Assembly (NCBI GenBank): GCA_965644265.1
Contig: OZ286459.1
Span: 71,114,001-71,178,000 of the forward strand
Length of the DNA stretch: 64,000 nt
Source: Glycera tridactyla
Lineage: Eukaryota
Reading direction: 5' to 3'
Shown: positions 15,469-29,559 of the stretch, piece after piece
How positions within the stretch are numbered: the stretch's first letter is position 1
Layout: the number at the start of each line of letters is the position of its first letter
The notes under the pieces: model-generated
What the model was told of the DNA's origin: nothing
Databases searched by the model: none
The model's input: the letters and a program-made list of their open reading frames with translations, nothing else
Position numbers and translations under genes: made by a program

Positions 15469-15597
15469 CTTTGCTGTTTCCGTTTTGATCTCTAAGTATC
15501 GTACATTCTTCTATGGAACCATAACCTACAAATAGTTGTCGAACATCGTCCTCAGTTTGTTGTTTATTGAGCATGCCCACGAATAACTTCCTGTCCT
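15469..15597 (-). CDS. CELF4: Internal coding exon of a CELF3-6 subfamily (bruno-3/unc-75/CELF4-like) RNA-binding protein, N-terminal half of RRM2
   Basis: Minus strand reads ...gatgttgcag|AG GAC AGG AAG ... AAC AGC AAA G|gtgagt, a canonical AG acceptor and GTGAGT donor, 129 nt, phase 1/1. It encodes (E)[42 protein letters not shown](G). This closely matches CELF4 RRM2 as I recall it ([43 protein letters not shown]) and differs from CELF1/2. The symbol is meant at subfamily level. Confidence 0.95.
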
Positions 15598-16901
15598 CTG
15601 CAACATCAATAGAGACAAACACACTCATAAATATCTTGCACACAGAACTCATGATGGCATCCAGCTCAAATCAAATCCCTATAAAAACTGTTTTCGTGCA
15701 CATATATTCTCTGCCTTTGCTACTATTTCCCGGTCAACAAAAGTGGGCCAATAACTCACAATATTCACTGATATGGCACAAAATCTTATTTTCATGAATG
15801 TGTCCCTTGTCATCTCATATTCATGAAGTGTCTGTGCAAAAGGCTCATGCACTTGAAACTACATATACAGTATTCAAGGGTTGCATAATATGAGAACCTG
15901 CAAGACAAATCAAAATATGAATGATAAAGGCAGCTGAATTCTGGAAAATACCAATGAAATATCTGAAGTGAAATATGAAAATGAGTTATGTTAATGCTGA
16001 AATGGGTTGGATATTGAGAAGGCGAAATGTAAAAATGTACACAAGACAGATAAGACTTCAAACATGTTGTTTGGACTGCTAATAAATGAATAAATAAATA
16101 ATCATATTGATGCCAGGATGATGGGGCAATACATAGCCAACATGTGTCCCGAGGAGTGCGAATGCCCAAAACACTCAGTCGCCTAATGCAGCCTCCTCAT
16201 GTGGCAACCCGCGTTCTCCACCCCCAAAGAATAAACTGTACACAATGGCACTCACTGACAACAGCACATTTGTGATAGTGATCGGCACTTGTGTCGAATC
16301 TGCCCAACAAATCATGCCAACACCCATTTTCGTAGTGCTTGCATCTTCCCTAGATACCAATTGACCAGTAACATACCTGGCTTGATGTAATATTCATCCA
16401 TCAAACAAATGTCAATTACTGGCACTGGTGGAGCACGCTTTGAAGCTGTGGTCTGCGATGGAAAGAACGATGTCTGCATCAGCAGCGATGTTTAGCGACA
16501 GCAAGGCCAATATTGTTGCATCTTGCTGCTATTATCTCTCTCCTCGCTTTGTTTACCTTCTTGATACGCTCGGATCGTGCTCCGATCACGCTAGTGCCGA
16601 GGTGTCCCGTAACTCAAACGGGCACACATATACATATACACACACGTGGCACTGTGCGATGTCTAGCCTTCATTTCACCCATATACTAAACAGCCATTGC
16701 AAATCAGTTTACAGGATTACCCCCAAATATAATTCTCATGACCAACATAACCAGTCCCATCATCAAGATGGACTATCAGCATCAGTCAGGATTCTTCTCT
16801 TCTTATAAATAATTGTTTTGTGATGAAGATCTGTTCTGCGATATTGATACTATCCTGTTTTATTAGTTGTGGAGTATGAATTAGACTAAATGAAAGAAAT
16901 T

Positions 16902-17004
16902 GAGGTCATTTACTGTTGAAAATACTGCCACGGTCGCAGCTCAGGGTGGTCTTTATAGGGAGGTGGTCTTTATAGAGAGGTGGTCTTTAGAGGAGGTTCG
17001 ACTG
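16902..17004 (+). mobile_element. MITE family B, right half
   Basis: Nearly identical to the right 100 bp of 51534-51711 (gaggtcatttactgttgaaaatact...ggtggtctttagaggaggttcgactg|TA). Confidence 0.9.
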
Positions 17005-20000
17005 TATCATTAATTCATACACTGTACAACCAGTCATGGTGGAATTCACCCAATTTTGTGCATCCTGATGTGAGAGGTGAATGTATACAAGGAAAGGTTA
17101 ACTTCATTGACATGGCGTCTGCGGCAGGATTTAGTTGCACTTTGCGAACATCTCACAGATGCACAGAATGATTGAGTGGAGGAAATCCACCAATTTGGAG
17201 AAGATGCACAGAGATGGAGCAGTGTTTGAGAACAATTTGCAGGTTCAGCATCGGCCGTGATGACGCCAGCTCTCCGCACCTCAGCGCCGATGACGTATGA
17301 GCATGCCGCACTGAGACAGAATGCTGGCATGATATATAACGGGCCGAACATCCGACAAATGGCTGCTTTGCATGAGCAAACATCCCCTGATGTGTCACAA
17401 AGACAAAGGACACCTAAAACCTTGCTGGCTGGTTGGACAACTGCCCCATCAGATTTCAACCCTCTGATTTCATACCACTGGATCAATACTATGCAAATCC
17501 TAGAAAAAAAATGTGGAATATGTCCAACAACTTTACTTATGATTATAATAATAAATCACTAAAACTGATGACTATCATTGATCCTCACAATCATCTTCCC
17601 TCAGACATCAATAATTTATCTCTGGAACCGATCTAAAAAGTATAGCTTCTCTGAGATATTTCAGAATAGGGTGAAATGGAGTATAAGAGGATAAAGCCTC
17701 AACAGCTGACCTGGTTTTTATGCGATTTGATACATGTCCAAAATAATGGAAAGATACATCATTTAACAACTATTTTTCCAACATCATCATCACCCTGATG
17801 CCAGCACTGCAATAGAAGCAAGCTGATCATTCTTGCTGACTCCAGTGGAATTCCACCCACAAGTCAACAAGAAGAAATTGAAACTGATTGCAGGAATTAC
17901 ATCTGGCAATTAAATGGGATATGTATTCACGCTGACAGCTGCTGCAGGGGAGATTGATCATCAAATCTCATCATGAATGAATGGTAACAAATACACGGAA
18001 TGTACCAACACACCATATGGACCATCACAACTCTCAACTCCCCACATCTCTTTAATATCAAGTCCCAAATCTGAGAAATTCACAGCTTGGTAGAGCTTTC
18101 ATGCTTTGAAAAAACAAACAAGGCATAGTTGTCTATCCTACCATACTCAAAATCAGTTTGTTGAATCTGCAATATCCATAATCATATTGTGCTGATTGCC
18201 ACATGGCAAGCTGTGCAATTGTTATGCCCTTTCCACTCAATAGACTGCCATGGGATGATGTCAATAAATATTCTGTAACTCAGGGAAAATGAGTACAAAT
18301 ACATGTGATATGTTGACCAAGGTTACTGCCGCACTACAGACATGTATAAGTCCAGATTGTGAACAGAGAAAGCAATACTATCCGAGTGTAATTTTGTCGA
18401 GATAAAAGGCGATCGGTGGACCACCGCTAGATTTTAATGTCCCACTGAGGCCATTCAATCAATACCCAACTACCATTAAGTTGCATCATTATATTTTGTT
18501 GCACTGTGTTAATCTTTACTTCAAGCAGTTCACTCGGCTTATTTCTCACATGACAGAGGTCACAGACTGGCTATTCATTTCAACCCATTGATATGCACAA
18601 CTCATAAGATTATGCCTCATTCCACAGGTCATAATGTGTCAGCATCAGGATGACATACACAAATTGCCTGTCATTGAAAGGCATATTTTTGAATGGGTCA
18701 GAGAGAAACACTATCCTGATAGATATATTCAGACTGAGATGAATATGTGGCAGGGTCCAGACTATAGCCAAAGCAGAATTTCCGAGATAGTATCATACTG
18801 GTTCCATGGATTGCGAGATGAAAATAGGTTCAGCCATATTGTCCTCCATTTCAATTTCATAGATTCCATCCGCAAACTCCCCATTGCCAGTATACAGCCA
18901 ATTATACAATGCATTGATATAAAGACTTCAATCCATCCCATGACTCAACCAGGGAAGCATCCTACTCTGGACCGAGGGACATTCGTTCCAGGATGCATTT
19001 GTCAACAAAGACCCATAGTGGTGCACGAGAAGATGGCATACAGGAAGTCTTGTCAGGCAAACTAGTCAAGCAGTGTGAGTTATGGGCTAGTCTAGTCTAT
19101 CTTTGATACACTGCTGGTCATGATCATGATAGCACATGGTCTCCTTGGAGCATCAGATAAAATGGCATGTTGTGGCCATTCTATGGGCCATGTTTGGCTT
19201 GTGCCATTGCTGTCAATCTATACACAGTACACACACGGCTGTGTCACATAATCACATCAGCCGATGCAGCGCCAGCCATAGAAGGATCACCACCAGCTGA
19301 ACCCTCTCTCTTCGGGATCTCCAGCGCACAATCTCTCCGACCCCCTCCCTCCCCATCTCCATTCACTGATGAGCATGGGGGAAATCCACCAATCAGCCAC
19401 ACTGACACAAGGAAAGACATCAGTATAGCCATCCAGATCCACGAGATGGAGCCTATGTCATGACAACACTAAAGAGCCATCTAGTGGCTATGAGACAAAC
19501 AATCTTTGGTGCCAGCACTGATTAACCTGTCAGTGAGTGGTCCTATTCAAACTGTAAAGAATATCATCTCGGTGGATATCTGTGCATGGACATTCACTCT
19601 ATATCTGATAGACTGCCAACATATCTTCGCCAGCTCTTGATCATTCTCCCAATGTATTTGTGAGGACAAATACTGGGTGTTCACCTTGACCAGTGAAATA
19701 GGACCAAAGATTCTAAACTTTTTTCAAAGCGATCAGGTCAGCTGTTTGAATGTCTACCACAAACGATAAACTCATCAGGTCCACGTCAGTCTTGAAAAAG
19801 TGTCTCTGACATTAGTGGACATATTCCACACTGTATGCTTGGGATCATTATAAGCAGCACCTTCTGGGCAGATTTAGAGATGATTCTCCTAGAAGATTTT
19901 ACCTAGAAATGGCTACAAAAATATCAATGCCATTCAATTCTGGAAATGATGGCAAATGTGGAATACAATCAATACAAGGAGTGTAACTTGATTGTAACAT

Positions 20001-23000
20001 GGACTACTGATGGAGAAAACTCCATCTTGATTGAATGCATTTTTGATTCAGGAATCCCTCCAATGCAGACAACTATCAGCAATGTCCAATTAGAAAGATG
20101 GATGTTTTTCTTTCCACTGGCTGGCTCTCATGTGGTCTGCATGTTACGGCATAAATCAGGGTGCCATCCTTCAACCAGTACAAACATTGAACACAATACT
20201 AGTGAACCCAGCACTGTTTACACATCTAATGTATGAATATTATTAGATGGCATTTTCATAAGCAAACAAACACGGAATTACTTTCTCCCACCTATATCAA
20301 AGGTATTTTTGTGTGAGTACGCATAATTGCACAGCATCCCAGGGATAATCTGACTTGTTCCAAATCATCATGTCAAATGACATGCATGTCACTTTCCCAC
20401 ACAAGCTGAGAATATTGCCAGTATATTCACAAATGCATTTGGTTTGTGAGCCAGTTTTGGTTTGCAAGCAGTGGAAATTATTGGCCGGTCTAATCTATTG
20501 GTTACTCTGTGGACCATGACTAAACATACAGTCCCCTTGTGGCATCAGATTAAATTCATGAATGTAAATTTGTTTTCAGGCAATTGATCATTCCTGCAGT
20601 CTGTTCCCCAAGCCATGGCAAAAAGTCACAACTCGACAGGCAATCTAGTAAGCATAATCTAGAATGTCCTAGTTTGATTTACAAAGTATATCCACCAATC
20701 AGTTTCAAATATCTATATACCACTCAGACATAAAGATCATATCAAACTTTGTATTGCATTTGCTCATTCTTCCAATGGAATACCTCAATTGGAGGAAAAA
20801 AAGCATGCCAAAAAGCTGCTTTGAACTTGTGACAAACAATGGGAAAGTGTGGCAATCTATAATCGAGTCAAAGAAAAACAGCTGCTGCCTCCAAAACAAA
20901 TCTTTCTCAGCGGAATTAGCCTCTGTTTACTCAGTCTTGGTGTTTGCACACTTTCATCACATATAACCCAGCCTTTTTTCTCGTCTACTGCAGCAGCCTT
21001 ATTTATTCAAGGCCTTGCATTAACGCACACTCCTTTGCATCACTTGGCCATCTCTTATATGACCATCTCGGTTATCTCCGCAAAATCCAGTGAGACAGTT
21101 CAGGAATAAGTATTTTGTCTCATAGTTACTTTGTTCAAGACATCAAATTATTGAGAGATACTTTGTATTGTAACCGCTTTGGTCTGCATTCTTTGGAAGA
21201 TACTCTGAATTCCAAGTCATACCTTCCATGTGCCACTATAATGAGAATGTGTAGACAAAGGTGGATGGTCAGTAGAGAAAAGTTCAAGCATCGGGCAAAA
21301 GGTCAAGCTTTCCCAGGCAGTCATCCAGATGATTAGTCTTGACCTGCACACATTAACAGATGTAAATTTCATCACAATCCATTCGGACTGATGAACGTTG
21401 TGTACTGGATCAGGTTAAAAATCAGTCAAGGATTATACCTCAACAAAAATGTTCGGCAAGTTTGGATATTGTGGCATGTGAGCGATGGCGGGGAAGCAAG
21501 AGTTGATTGCAGGCTGGTGATCAAATATTGATGGGGTGGAAGCACAAACTCATGCTTGAGTCTTTGTGGAGAACCCTTCGTATGACAAAACAAGCTGACG
21601 TGATCCCACGGCAGCGATGCCAGCACCAAGGCAACTACTCACCCCAGCGCCAGCGACATCAAGCTTTTCCGACAACCAACGTGCCGGTCAGTGACAGTGT
21701 CCATGTATGTTCGCACCTGCTCAACTGGCCTTCTCAACATACACATTCAAACAACCCTTTAGAGATCAGATGCGATTTCAACATGGCAAAGCAAGTTACC
21801 AGTGAAATGTGGCAAAAGTACAAGCACAGGTTGCTTGATGAGTATGGTCAACCAGAAAGAGTGTAAAATAACCCATAGACAAATGAATAAAGCACACCAA
21901 AAAGATATAATGATATACAATTTTCCATCTACCATCTGGATTTTAGATTGTTCAAAATACCTACTGAACCAAGCAACTTCAGTCACATGAAATGAAACAG
22001 AATATGCAATGAACCTCTGACAATGTGCAGCCAGTGGTCAGATATTCGCAATATGGACAATAATTGAAAATCAGCTTTTGTCTATACTTGAATATCATGT
22101 TATGAGATGAAAACACTGATTCAATACCAAAACTCTGGATGTGGAATGATGCATATATACTGGCCAGAAGTCAGAAATCTTCACTCATGATGAAGCGCAG
22201 AAGTTGAGTTCCTTGAGGTTGTTCAATATTTACAGCTTCATGGAACAAGGAATGAACATTGAAGATACCCTCCTCTGCAAAACTTGCCACGGGCCACTCT
22301 TGGCACTGGGATATCACCAGTCAGGCGGTTCAGGCCTCAGTTCTGCAGCCTATACTAGTTGTGAAGACACAGCCTCATCCTAGTTTCACAGACCATGCTT
22401 TTTATTTGAACATGTTACCCAATCAAGTAAGGAAAAAAACCAAAGTTCTGCATTATCAAATAAACATGCTGATACTGAATAGCAAGATTTCTGGTTATGT
22501 TCTGTGAACCAACAATTGATGACGAAAAACAATGTAGAACTCGCCCAAGAAAGCGAGTTGAGTTTGGGAGTAGCAGCATATGTGGCACCAGTGAAACCAT
22601 ATATGTTGGCAGCAAATTATCGGTCTCTCTGCAATCAATATGGCCAGGGAATATAAATTATGTCACAACAAAGTATCCCCCTCCCCTTTTGCTCCTTACC
22701 CTTCTGACTCGCACATCGGCTGCCAAGCAGCTGGTAAGAAATACATGTATTTATGCCAGTGCTATACATCAGTCCTTCTAACAGTATAGTACCCCTAGTT
22801 CTAGTTTCTCAAGCCAAGACTCATCTGATGTAGTCAGCAGTGCCAATGACCAACTTTTGCCATCCTCTAAATTTGACTGCCATCAAAGAATTATACCTTT
22901 AGGAATATACTTTCATACAAAGTGAATTGCTGCATTGAGAACTGCCTATGTCATCATCCAGAGTGACACTATGGATGAAAGTAGGGAAAGAATTCAGATG

Positions 23001-26000
23001 CCATGTCATTTTCTTCTCTCGAAGGCATATTCTGACGCTGGCATCAAGGCCATGTGAGAACAAGGTGAATGAGAAGGGCGGCTGCACATTATTAATTCAC
23101 TCTGAGTACATGCATAACGGACTGTTCTATAACGGTGATTCCGGTTCAACTAATTGCATGAAATTATTATTACCATCCTGCTACTGAGCGCTGACAGAAA
23201 TGTATGATTTGTAGGACGATGATTACAAAGTTGGAAATTCACTCCATTCATCCATAGATGACACCCATTCAACCATATCTGGTAGTCACCTCCATCACAA
23301 CTCCATGAAAACGTAGCTAATGCTGTATAAGACTGAAGGGAATTTGATTCTCTTTCTAGACTGATATTGGAAACCTGTCTACCCATTCAAGCAGATGACA
23401 TAATTTCTAGCAAATAAAAGTCGGTGGCAAATTTTGAACAGGGTATTAACGAATAGTTCTATCAAAAGAGTTTATTCGATGCATACTGCAATTCAACCAG
23501 CATTCACATCACAAAAAAATTGGCAATAAAGTCTTCACCTTGCCGTAAAAGCAACTGTGAACAAGTGGTGAAATATGTGACTGCAAACACCATCAATCTA
23601 GAGATACTGCCGTCAGTATTTTAAGGCCCTCTCACTATTTCATGGCGTGCCAGGCAAGCGCTGGATGCTGAGCTGCACATGATGGCGATCAGTGGCTATG
23701 TAGTAATTGAATGATTCATGCCCAGTGGCCATAAACAAAGTGCTGTCCCAAGAACAACAAGCTCCCGTATTCTCATGTAAGTGTTCACCTGTCTCCCCGA
23801 TCCAGTATCCAATCCACAGCCTTACAACTCTGGTTGATGGGGGTTACAGGAGCCCTTTATTCAGATGGCTCCCATGAACTCTCAATCACCGAACTTCACT
23901 CAGCTCCCAAATTAATGCTTTCCCTCTATGAGGCAAACTAACATGACTTTGTGCTTCCTGATGTGAGAGGTCAAAACAATCACATCAGACTGCAGATAAA
24001 GTGTTCCCATCCAGTTTCAAAAAATCTGTAATGCCATACATTGCGGACCTGGGTGATTCAGTTTTACCCGGAGGTATTGATAAGTATGAAAATTCAGTTT
24101 TCACCCCCACTTCTATCCGAAAAAGGAAAGATGCTGACACACACCCTTATTTCCGCCCAACCCCAAATATTCAACAAGGTGCATGAAAAATCAACCATAG
24201 AAAGAATTGTGGTGATTTTGTCCAGCATACAATGATAAGTCAAACATTAATGACAAATGAGGATATGAAATTCGTTTTTTTTTTGCTACCTGCGATTCAG
24301 GGGATGTGAAGACTCTGGCCAATGAACTGTACGAATGATTGCACTACCATCTGGTGAGATGTGCAGCAGACACAGCTGAGTAGACGACGTGAACCTCCAG
24401 CAAGAACGAATGCATGTGGGATTTCCCATCAGCTCCGTGGTCATATTCATTATGCGATGTAATAGCTTCGACACACCATCCACAATTTCATTTGTAGCGC
24501 AACATGTGTAGGCGGAATGAACTGTATTACTCTATCACAAGCAACATCTGGCCGACCAGGAACATGCTATCAGTGTGCAAACAAACAACAATGTGACACC
24601 AACCATCATGGAAATATCCCTTTTTGGAAAAATTTCGAGATTTTCCTACAAATTTCAATGTTGTAGAAATGTGGCAATTATGTGGGAGTAGCTTTACAGC
24701 AGAAATTTCAAGCAAAGTGAGCCAAGCTCACCATAGACAGTTACTATGAAACTGATGTGAACATATTTTGTGGTTCTGGAGTGGAGGTAAGAGGAAATGA
24801 AGCCAGACCTTATCTAGTAACTTCTCATTATGATAAATCCTTTCTTTCATATTTTGGGTGATTATGCCAGCCTAATATAGGGCATGATGGTAGAGAATTC
24901 CATCCTGTCCAGATACAGGTATGGATGCCCTATCGTGCACGTTAATCACCACATGGAGTACCTGGTTTCGACTGCATGACGCCAATCATGTGGAACACAT
25001 AATCAAACCCCAGGCTTCATCAATATTTACATCATTACTGGTTTCCGGAATGTCAAAGAGGATTTCTGTTGGCAGCATTAAAATTTCATGACAAAATGTA
25101 TGGGATCTCGCCGACAATGAGCGTGTTCTGTGTCCATCCATCAGCCTCCACTCATTGTGCCAACCATCAATGCAAACACCATGACTCTGGAAATTGTGTA
25201 TCTGTGGTCACAAAAAAAACACAGACTATGCTGAGACTAAACTTAACAGCTAATAACTAAAACCACTGTCAAGGAGATATGATTTTTTTTTAGGGTTTCA
25301 TAGAATGAGTAATCTTGCAATCTGAACATAAAATGAATGGTTGACGTGAATATTCATTGGCTTTGGGAAATATATCTGCCTATTCTATCTGTTATTATTT
25401 ATTAGATATATGACAAATAAGATGATGAGTAGCACAAGAAATCAAAGATCCAGGACGGACGGGAGGATACAAGGTCAACTTGCAGTTGCAATTTGTTAGC
25501 GAGATATTAGGCCCTTTCTCATTTAGTTCTATCTTGATCTTCGCCAGCTATCTATATCATTCAATCCAGATGATTTAGCTGCATTTCAAAGTCTATTCAC
25601 TGATTAAATTAGTTACCTTCATAAATCATCAATGAGACATTATCAAGTTCGGAAGTTGTATCCATCAAATTGCAGAAAGCGCGACTAAATCAGAAGGCGA
25701 GATGCTCTAGCCTATATTGAACCAGTTGCTATATTACAAACCAGATCGATAGAATATAATAAAGAAATCTCTGATGTGAAATCATTGCATTAACCAATAT
25801 AGGGTCTGAGCCGGGCTATCACGGTATACTGCCTCTATCAGCTGCTTTAGCCCCATGTGAGCCATCATAAAATGCCCATCAGAGAACCAAATATGGTTAC
25901 AGACCAAATATATATTTACTACACTCTCAGACTGGGCAATTCTCCCTGTAAAAAGTAATTTTCTACAAGAAGGGTTCAAACTGCTAATGTGAGACGGCTA

Positions 26001-27259
26001 TTTCCCCACCCCTGGTTTTCCGCCCATACATGCTGTAGCTCATGATTCGATAAGAAGGTGGTACTTCTTGAAAAAAGAGAAACCGTGAGCTGAGATAACA
26101 CTCAACCCATCCAAAATCCTAAATCCACAGCCAAATGAATGGGTTTGGGTGTTTTTATTCATCAAGATGAATTACCTCTGACTATAATACAGAATGAGCC
26201 TGAGAAACTATCACCTCGACTGAGAAATTATTACACAGGCCTTAGATAGTGCCCAGTCCAAGCGACAGACCCATGAGTAAAACCAGTTACGCTACACACA
26301 TAGTCTCAGTTATTAATTAGTCCACTGAGAGGTTTCCATTTGCTTGCAAGCCTGCAAATAAATATCACTGTGAGGCAATTTGAAACATGTCGTACTGGCA
26401 AGACAAAGCCGATAAATTCACTGACCTCTTTGTACAATTGGACAACTTTTCTTGTCCTCCCACTGGAAGATTCCTGGCTCTATCAAGAAACATGCTTTTC
26501 TATTCAAAGATACACCTACTTAGAGAATTACAAAAAAATTTCAGGAGATATTCATGCCATGTGATTCCTCCCAAACATTGGGAAAACATGACTATCATAA
26601 CTACCAATTCAGTAGCCATGGAACTGACAAAAGAAACTAGATGGTTCGGAAAGCTCCATTGAACTACTTTGAGAGTACCCATACTAAATCATCAAACAAT
26701 GAATTGCGTTTTTTTCCTAATTCTTCACCAGCCTCAGCTCAAGGGTTCTCCCAATCGCTTACACTCAGATTAGATTTTTGCATTAATGTACCACATCTTT
26801 TGTTCTACCGGCATATCATCAACCTGTACATGATGGATATTTGCTAGATACAAGAAGTCGGTGATGCATCGATAAGACGAAAAGAGACAGGTCTGCATTT
26901 AGGCAAGAGATCCATCAAAATGCGGCTCCAATATAATTATGCCATATGAGCCAGGGTATAATTCCATCAATGAACTATATTCGCATGATATATCATCCAT
27001 TTCATGCTAACCTTTTTACGTCTCCTCAAGTTGACACACTGATGACGGGGAAATATGTAATATTAATTGGAAAATGGAAGTCATCTAGGGAGAAGTCATC
27101 ATTTATAGAACAAACCCTCTATTTTCTGGTCAAGGCAGAGAATGACAGGAGCAAAACAAGAAGTCACAGGTATCAACTGAAAAAGCACCATAGCATCATA
27201 GAAACTGCAATACATGAAAAACGATTCCTTAAAAATATCTTAATTACATCAGGACGAAT

Positions 27260-27325
27260 TTCTACCTGCCCACCAGAATAATCTACCTGCCCTGGGCAGG
27301 TGGGCAGCTATCTCTTCTCACCCTG
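27260..27325 (-). mobile_element. MITE family C fragment (CAGGGTGAG terminus)
   Basis: Reverse complement matches the left 65 bp of the element at 52002 (cagggtgagaagagatag..gcccacctgccc..gggcaggtagatt). Confidence 0.85.
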
Positions 27326-28249
27326 TACATTCACACAAACCTATGGAACTGTATTGAATGTAGAGTAAAATGAGAATCGCACCATTTCGTGTTTTTCTAA
27401 GCATTAGCAAACCAAAATATGAAATCTATGTGGGAAATATCAACATTCACCTATCAGTAATGGATGTGTAAATGAAATGGAGGAAACATTTTCCATTATT
27501 GAGGAACTCTTGTTTTTGCAGCTGCGGTGCCAGATGACCCATGCTAATATTCCAGAATACAATGAGCGAAGCCAGTAATCTTTCCCCATCAGTGAAAGGT
27601 CACAGGCACGTTTCATGTCAGTGAAAGTGAGTCCAAACCTGAATTTGATAGTGCCCAGCACCAGTATCCGTTAGTCAATTTCTTCGACTCTTGTGAAATG
27701 ACTCTTCGACCTAATGGTACTCTGACAGCTGATGGCACCATGCTGAGTCACCAGTGCGCGGGACTTGAGAGATCCCATAGCATTTCACCGACTAATTACT
27801 GCCTACGCTTCCACCACTTCAACCTTTCCTTCCACCCATTTTGCATGCTCTGGTAAAATCAGTTGAATTTCTGCCAAAGGTCACATTGCCAAGTTATAGA
27901 TTCAGAGTTGTATATCTTGGCACAGAGGGTAAGAGGGCTTTTGTTGAGGATACATTGGTTTCGGCATCACAGAATATGACCATTCATTGAATGATATCTT
28001 TGGAAAGCTTTGTACTTTGCAAGATGGGTATGGGAATGAGAGTATTGGGACCAGAATATGTTTGATTACCAAACTAAAGTAGCCATAATTATGGAACAGA
28101 TGTGGATCACAACATAATTATCTATGTCTGGATCTATGAACTCTGTCGGCACAGTCATGCATGTATGCTCCGACATCTCACAAATTGGATCCTAATTTGT
28201 GGTTAGTAATTTGCGTATCAGTCAGTCTAACCTATATTATTTAAAATAT

Positions 28250-28393
28250 TGAGAAGGCAGGAGGTATTTTTTCAAGACAGGTGGATGTTTGATGGTTGAA
28301 CTAAAGTGAAAAATAGACCAGTGGGAAGTACAAAATGATTGCTTGAGGCAGGAGATGGCTTAATACCATGACTACCTAATGAAGGTTCCACTG
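28250..28393. mobile_element. Degenerate CAGT/TA MITE (B-like)
   Basis: Internal gacaggtgg repeats. Ends gaaggttccactg|TA. Confidence 0.55.
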
Positions 28394-29397
28394 TAGAGGT
28401 TTTCTCAATCAACCGGGAGTCATGGGATAATACAAGATTCGAACAAAGCAGCTCTCGTCATCCTCCATGGGTATGACATGTGGTAGATATTTCCACTATT
28501 TATCTCCATATATGGGACTACTGAACAGGTCAGTATGATGATCAAACAATAGCAAAAGCAAGCTCATTGTTCGAAACTGGCAATTGCGTGACATGGATCC
28601 CAGTGGTTATTGAAAGGTTTGCCAACAAATGAATCATCAACTGATCATCTGAACATCACACATTTTGAATTCTGCTAAGGAGAGGGGGGGGGGGATAAAG
28701 GGCCCTAATAGCAGTCTCAAAATCAAAATACAACAGCATGAAGAAGTCCATGTCAGAGCTACAAGACATGAATATTTCAGTACCGCACCCATAGACAAGA
28801 CTGAAATTTGGCAAAGCATATGCAGCGAATGGATTTTCCACTGTTCATACCATACTTTGGCCTACTGATTCATGCCAGAATACAGAATCCACATGGGAAA
28901 GTCCATACTTGCCACCATCTTTGTTCATATTCATAACTTGAACTAGGAATTACATGATTTCTGAACAGTTCATGCGACTTCTCTTTTGCACAATATTGGA
29001 TGAACGTGGGAAATTGCGAGTATTCTGTATGCACTTTGGGATATGGTGTTGACAAGTGACAAGAAGAATGATGGATGGCCAGCTCGGCTTGAGTATGCAC
29101 GGCCATGCATTCGAGGGTTCGGGGGACCCACTCAAGATTACACGGCCAAAATGAAGCCCCAGCTTAGTGGCCGCATGCAAGTCTCTGATAATGGGCCAAC
29201 TTTGCTGGCATCTCCCGCCGTCCATGCTTTCGGCCAATCCATGCACACACCGACACGCACACAATACACAGGGCTCTCCCTAGACAAGACTCGACGTCAG
29301 ACAAGAGGACAGACACAGGCTTTACATGCAATTACCCCAGATCCGTGAAAGCTCCATCTTGCACGAGCGTACTCACGATCTGGGGCTTCTAAATATA

Positions 29398-29559
29398 CCA
29401 CTCATAGCACCAAATAAACACGCATAACTCAAAATAGCACAGTCAATATAAATATTTACGGAATTTAACCATTTGCTCCGAGTGTAATCTGCTCGCTGGA
29501 ATATTTCTAATCATTGCTCGCAGGCAATGGTTGGGAGTGAACTATGCTAATATGAGCGG
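29398..29559. mobile_element. Possible degenerate TA-flanked MITE with CCG terminus
   Basis: The right end reverse-complements to TA|CCGCTCATATTAGCA, and the left end reads TA|CCACTCATAGCA. The match is imperfect. Confidence 0.3.

Noticed and set aside
15598-15652. N-terminal [18 protein letters not shown] of ORF 15461-15652
   Set aside because: It lies upstream of the clear AG acceptor where CELF similarity begins, so it is treated as intron read-through.
27143-27186. SKTRSHRYQLKK, resembling a CR1/L2 ORF2 C-terminal motif
   Set aside because: The flanking residues show no LINE similarity, so it is too short to support a call.
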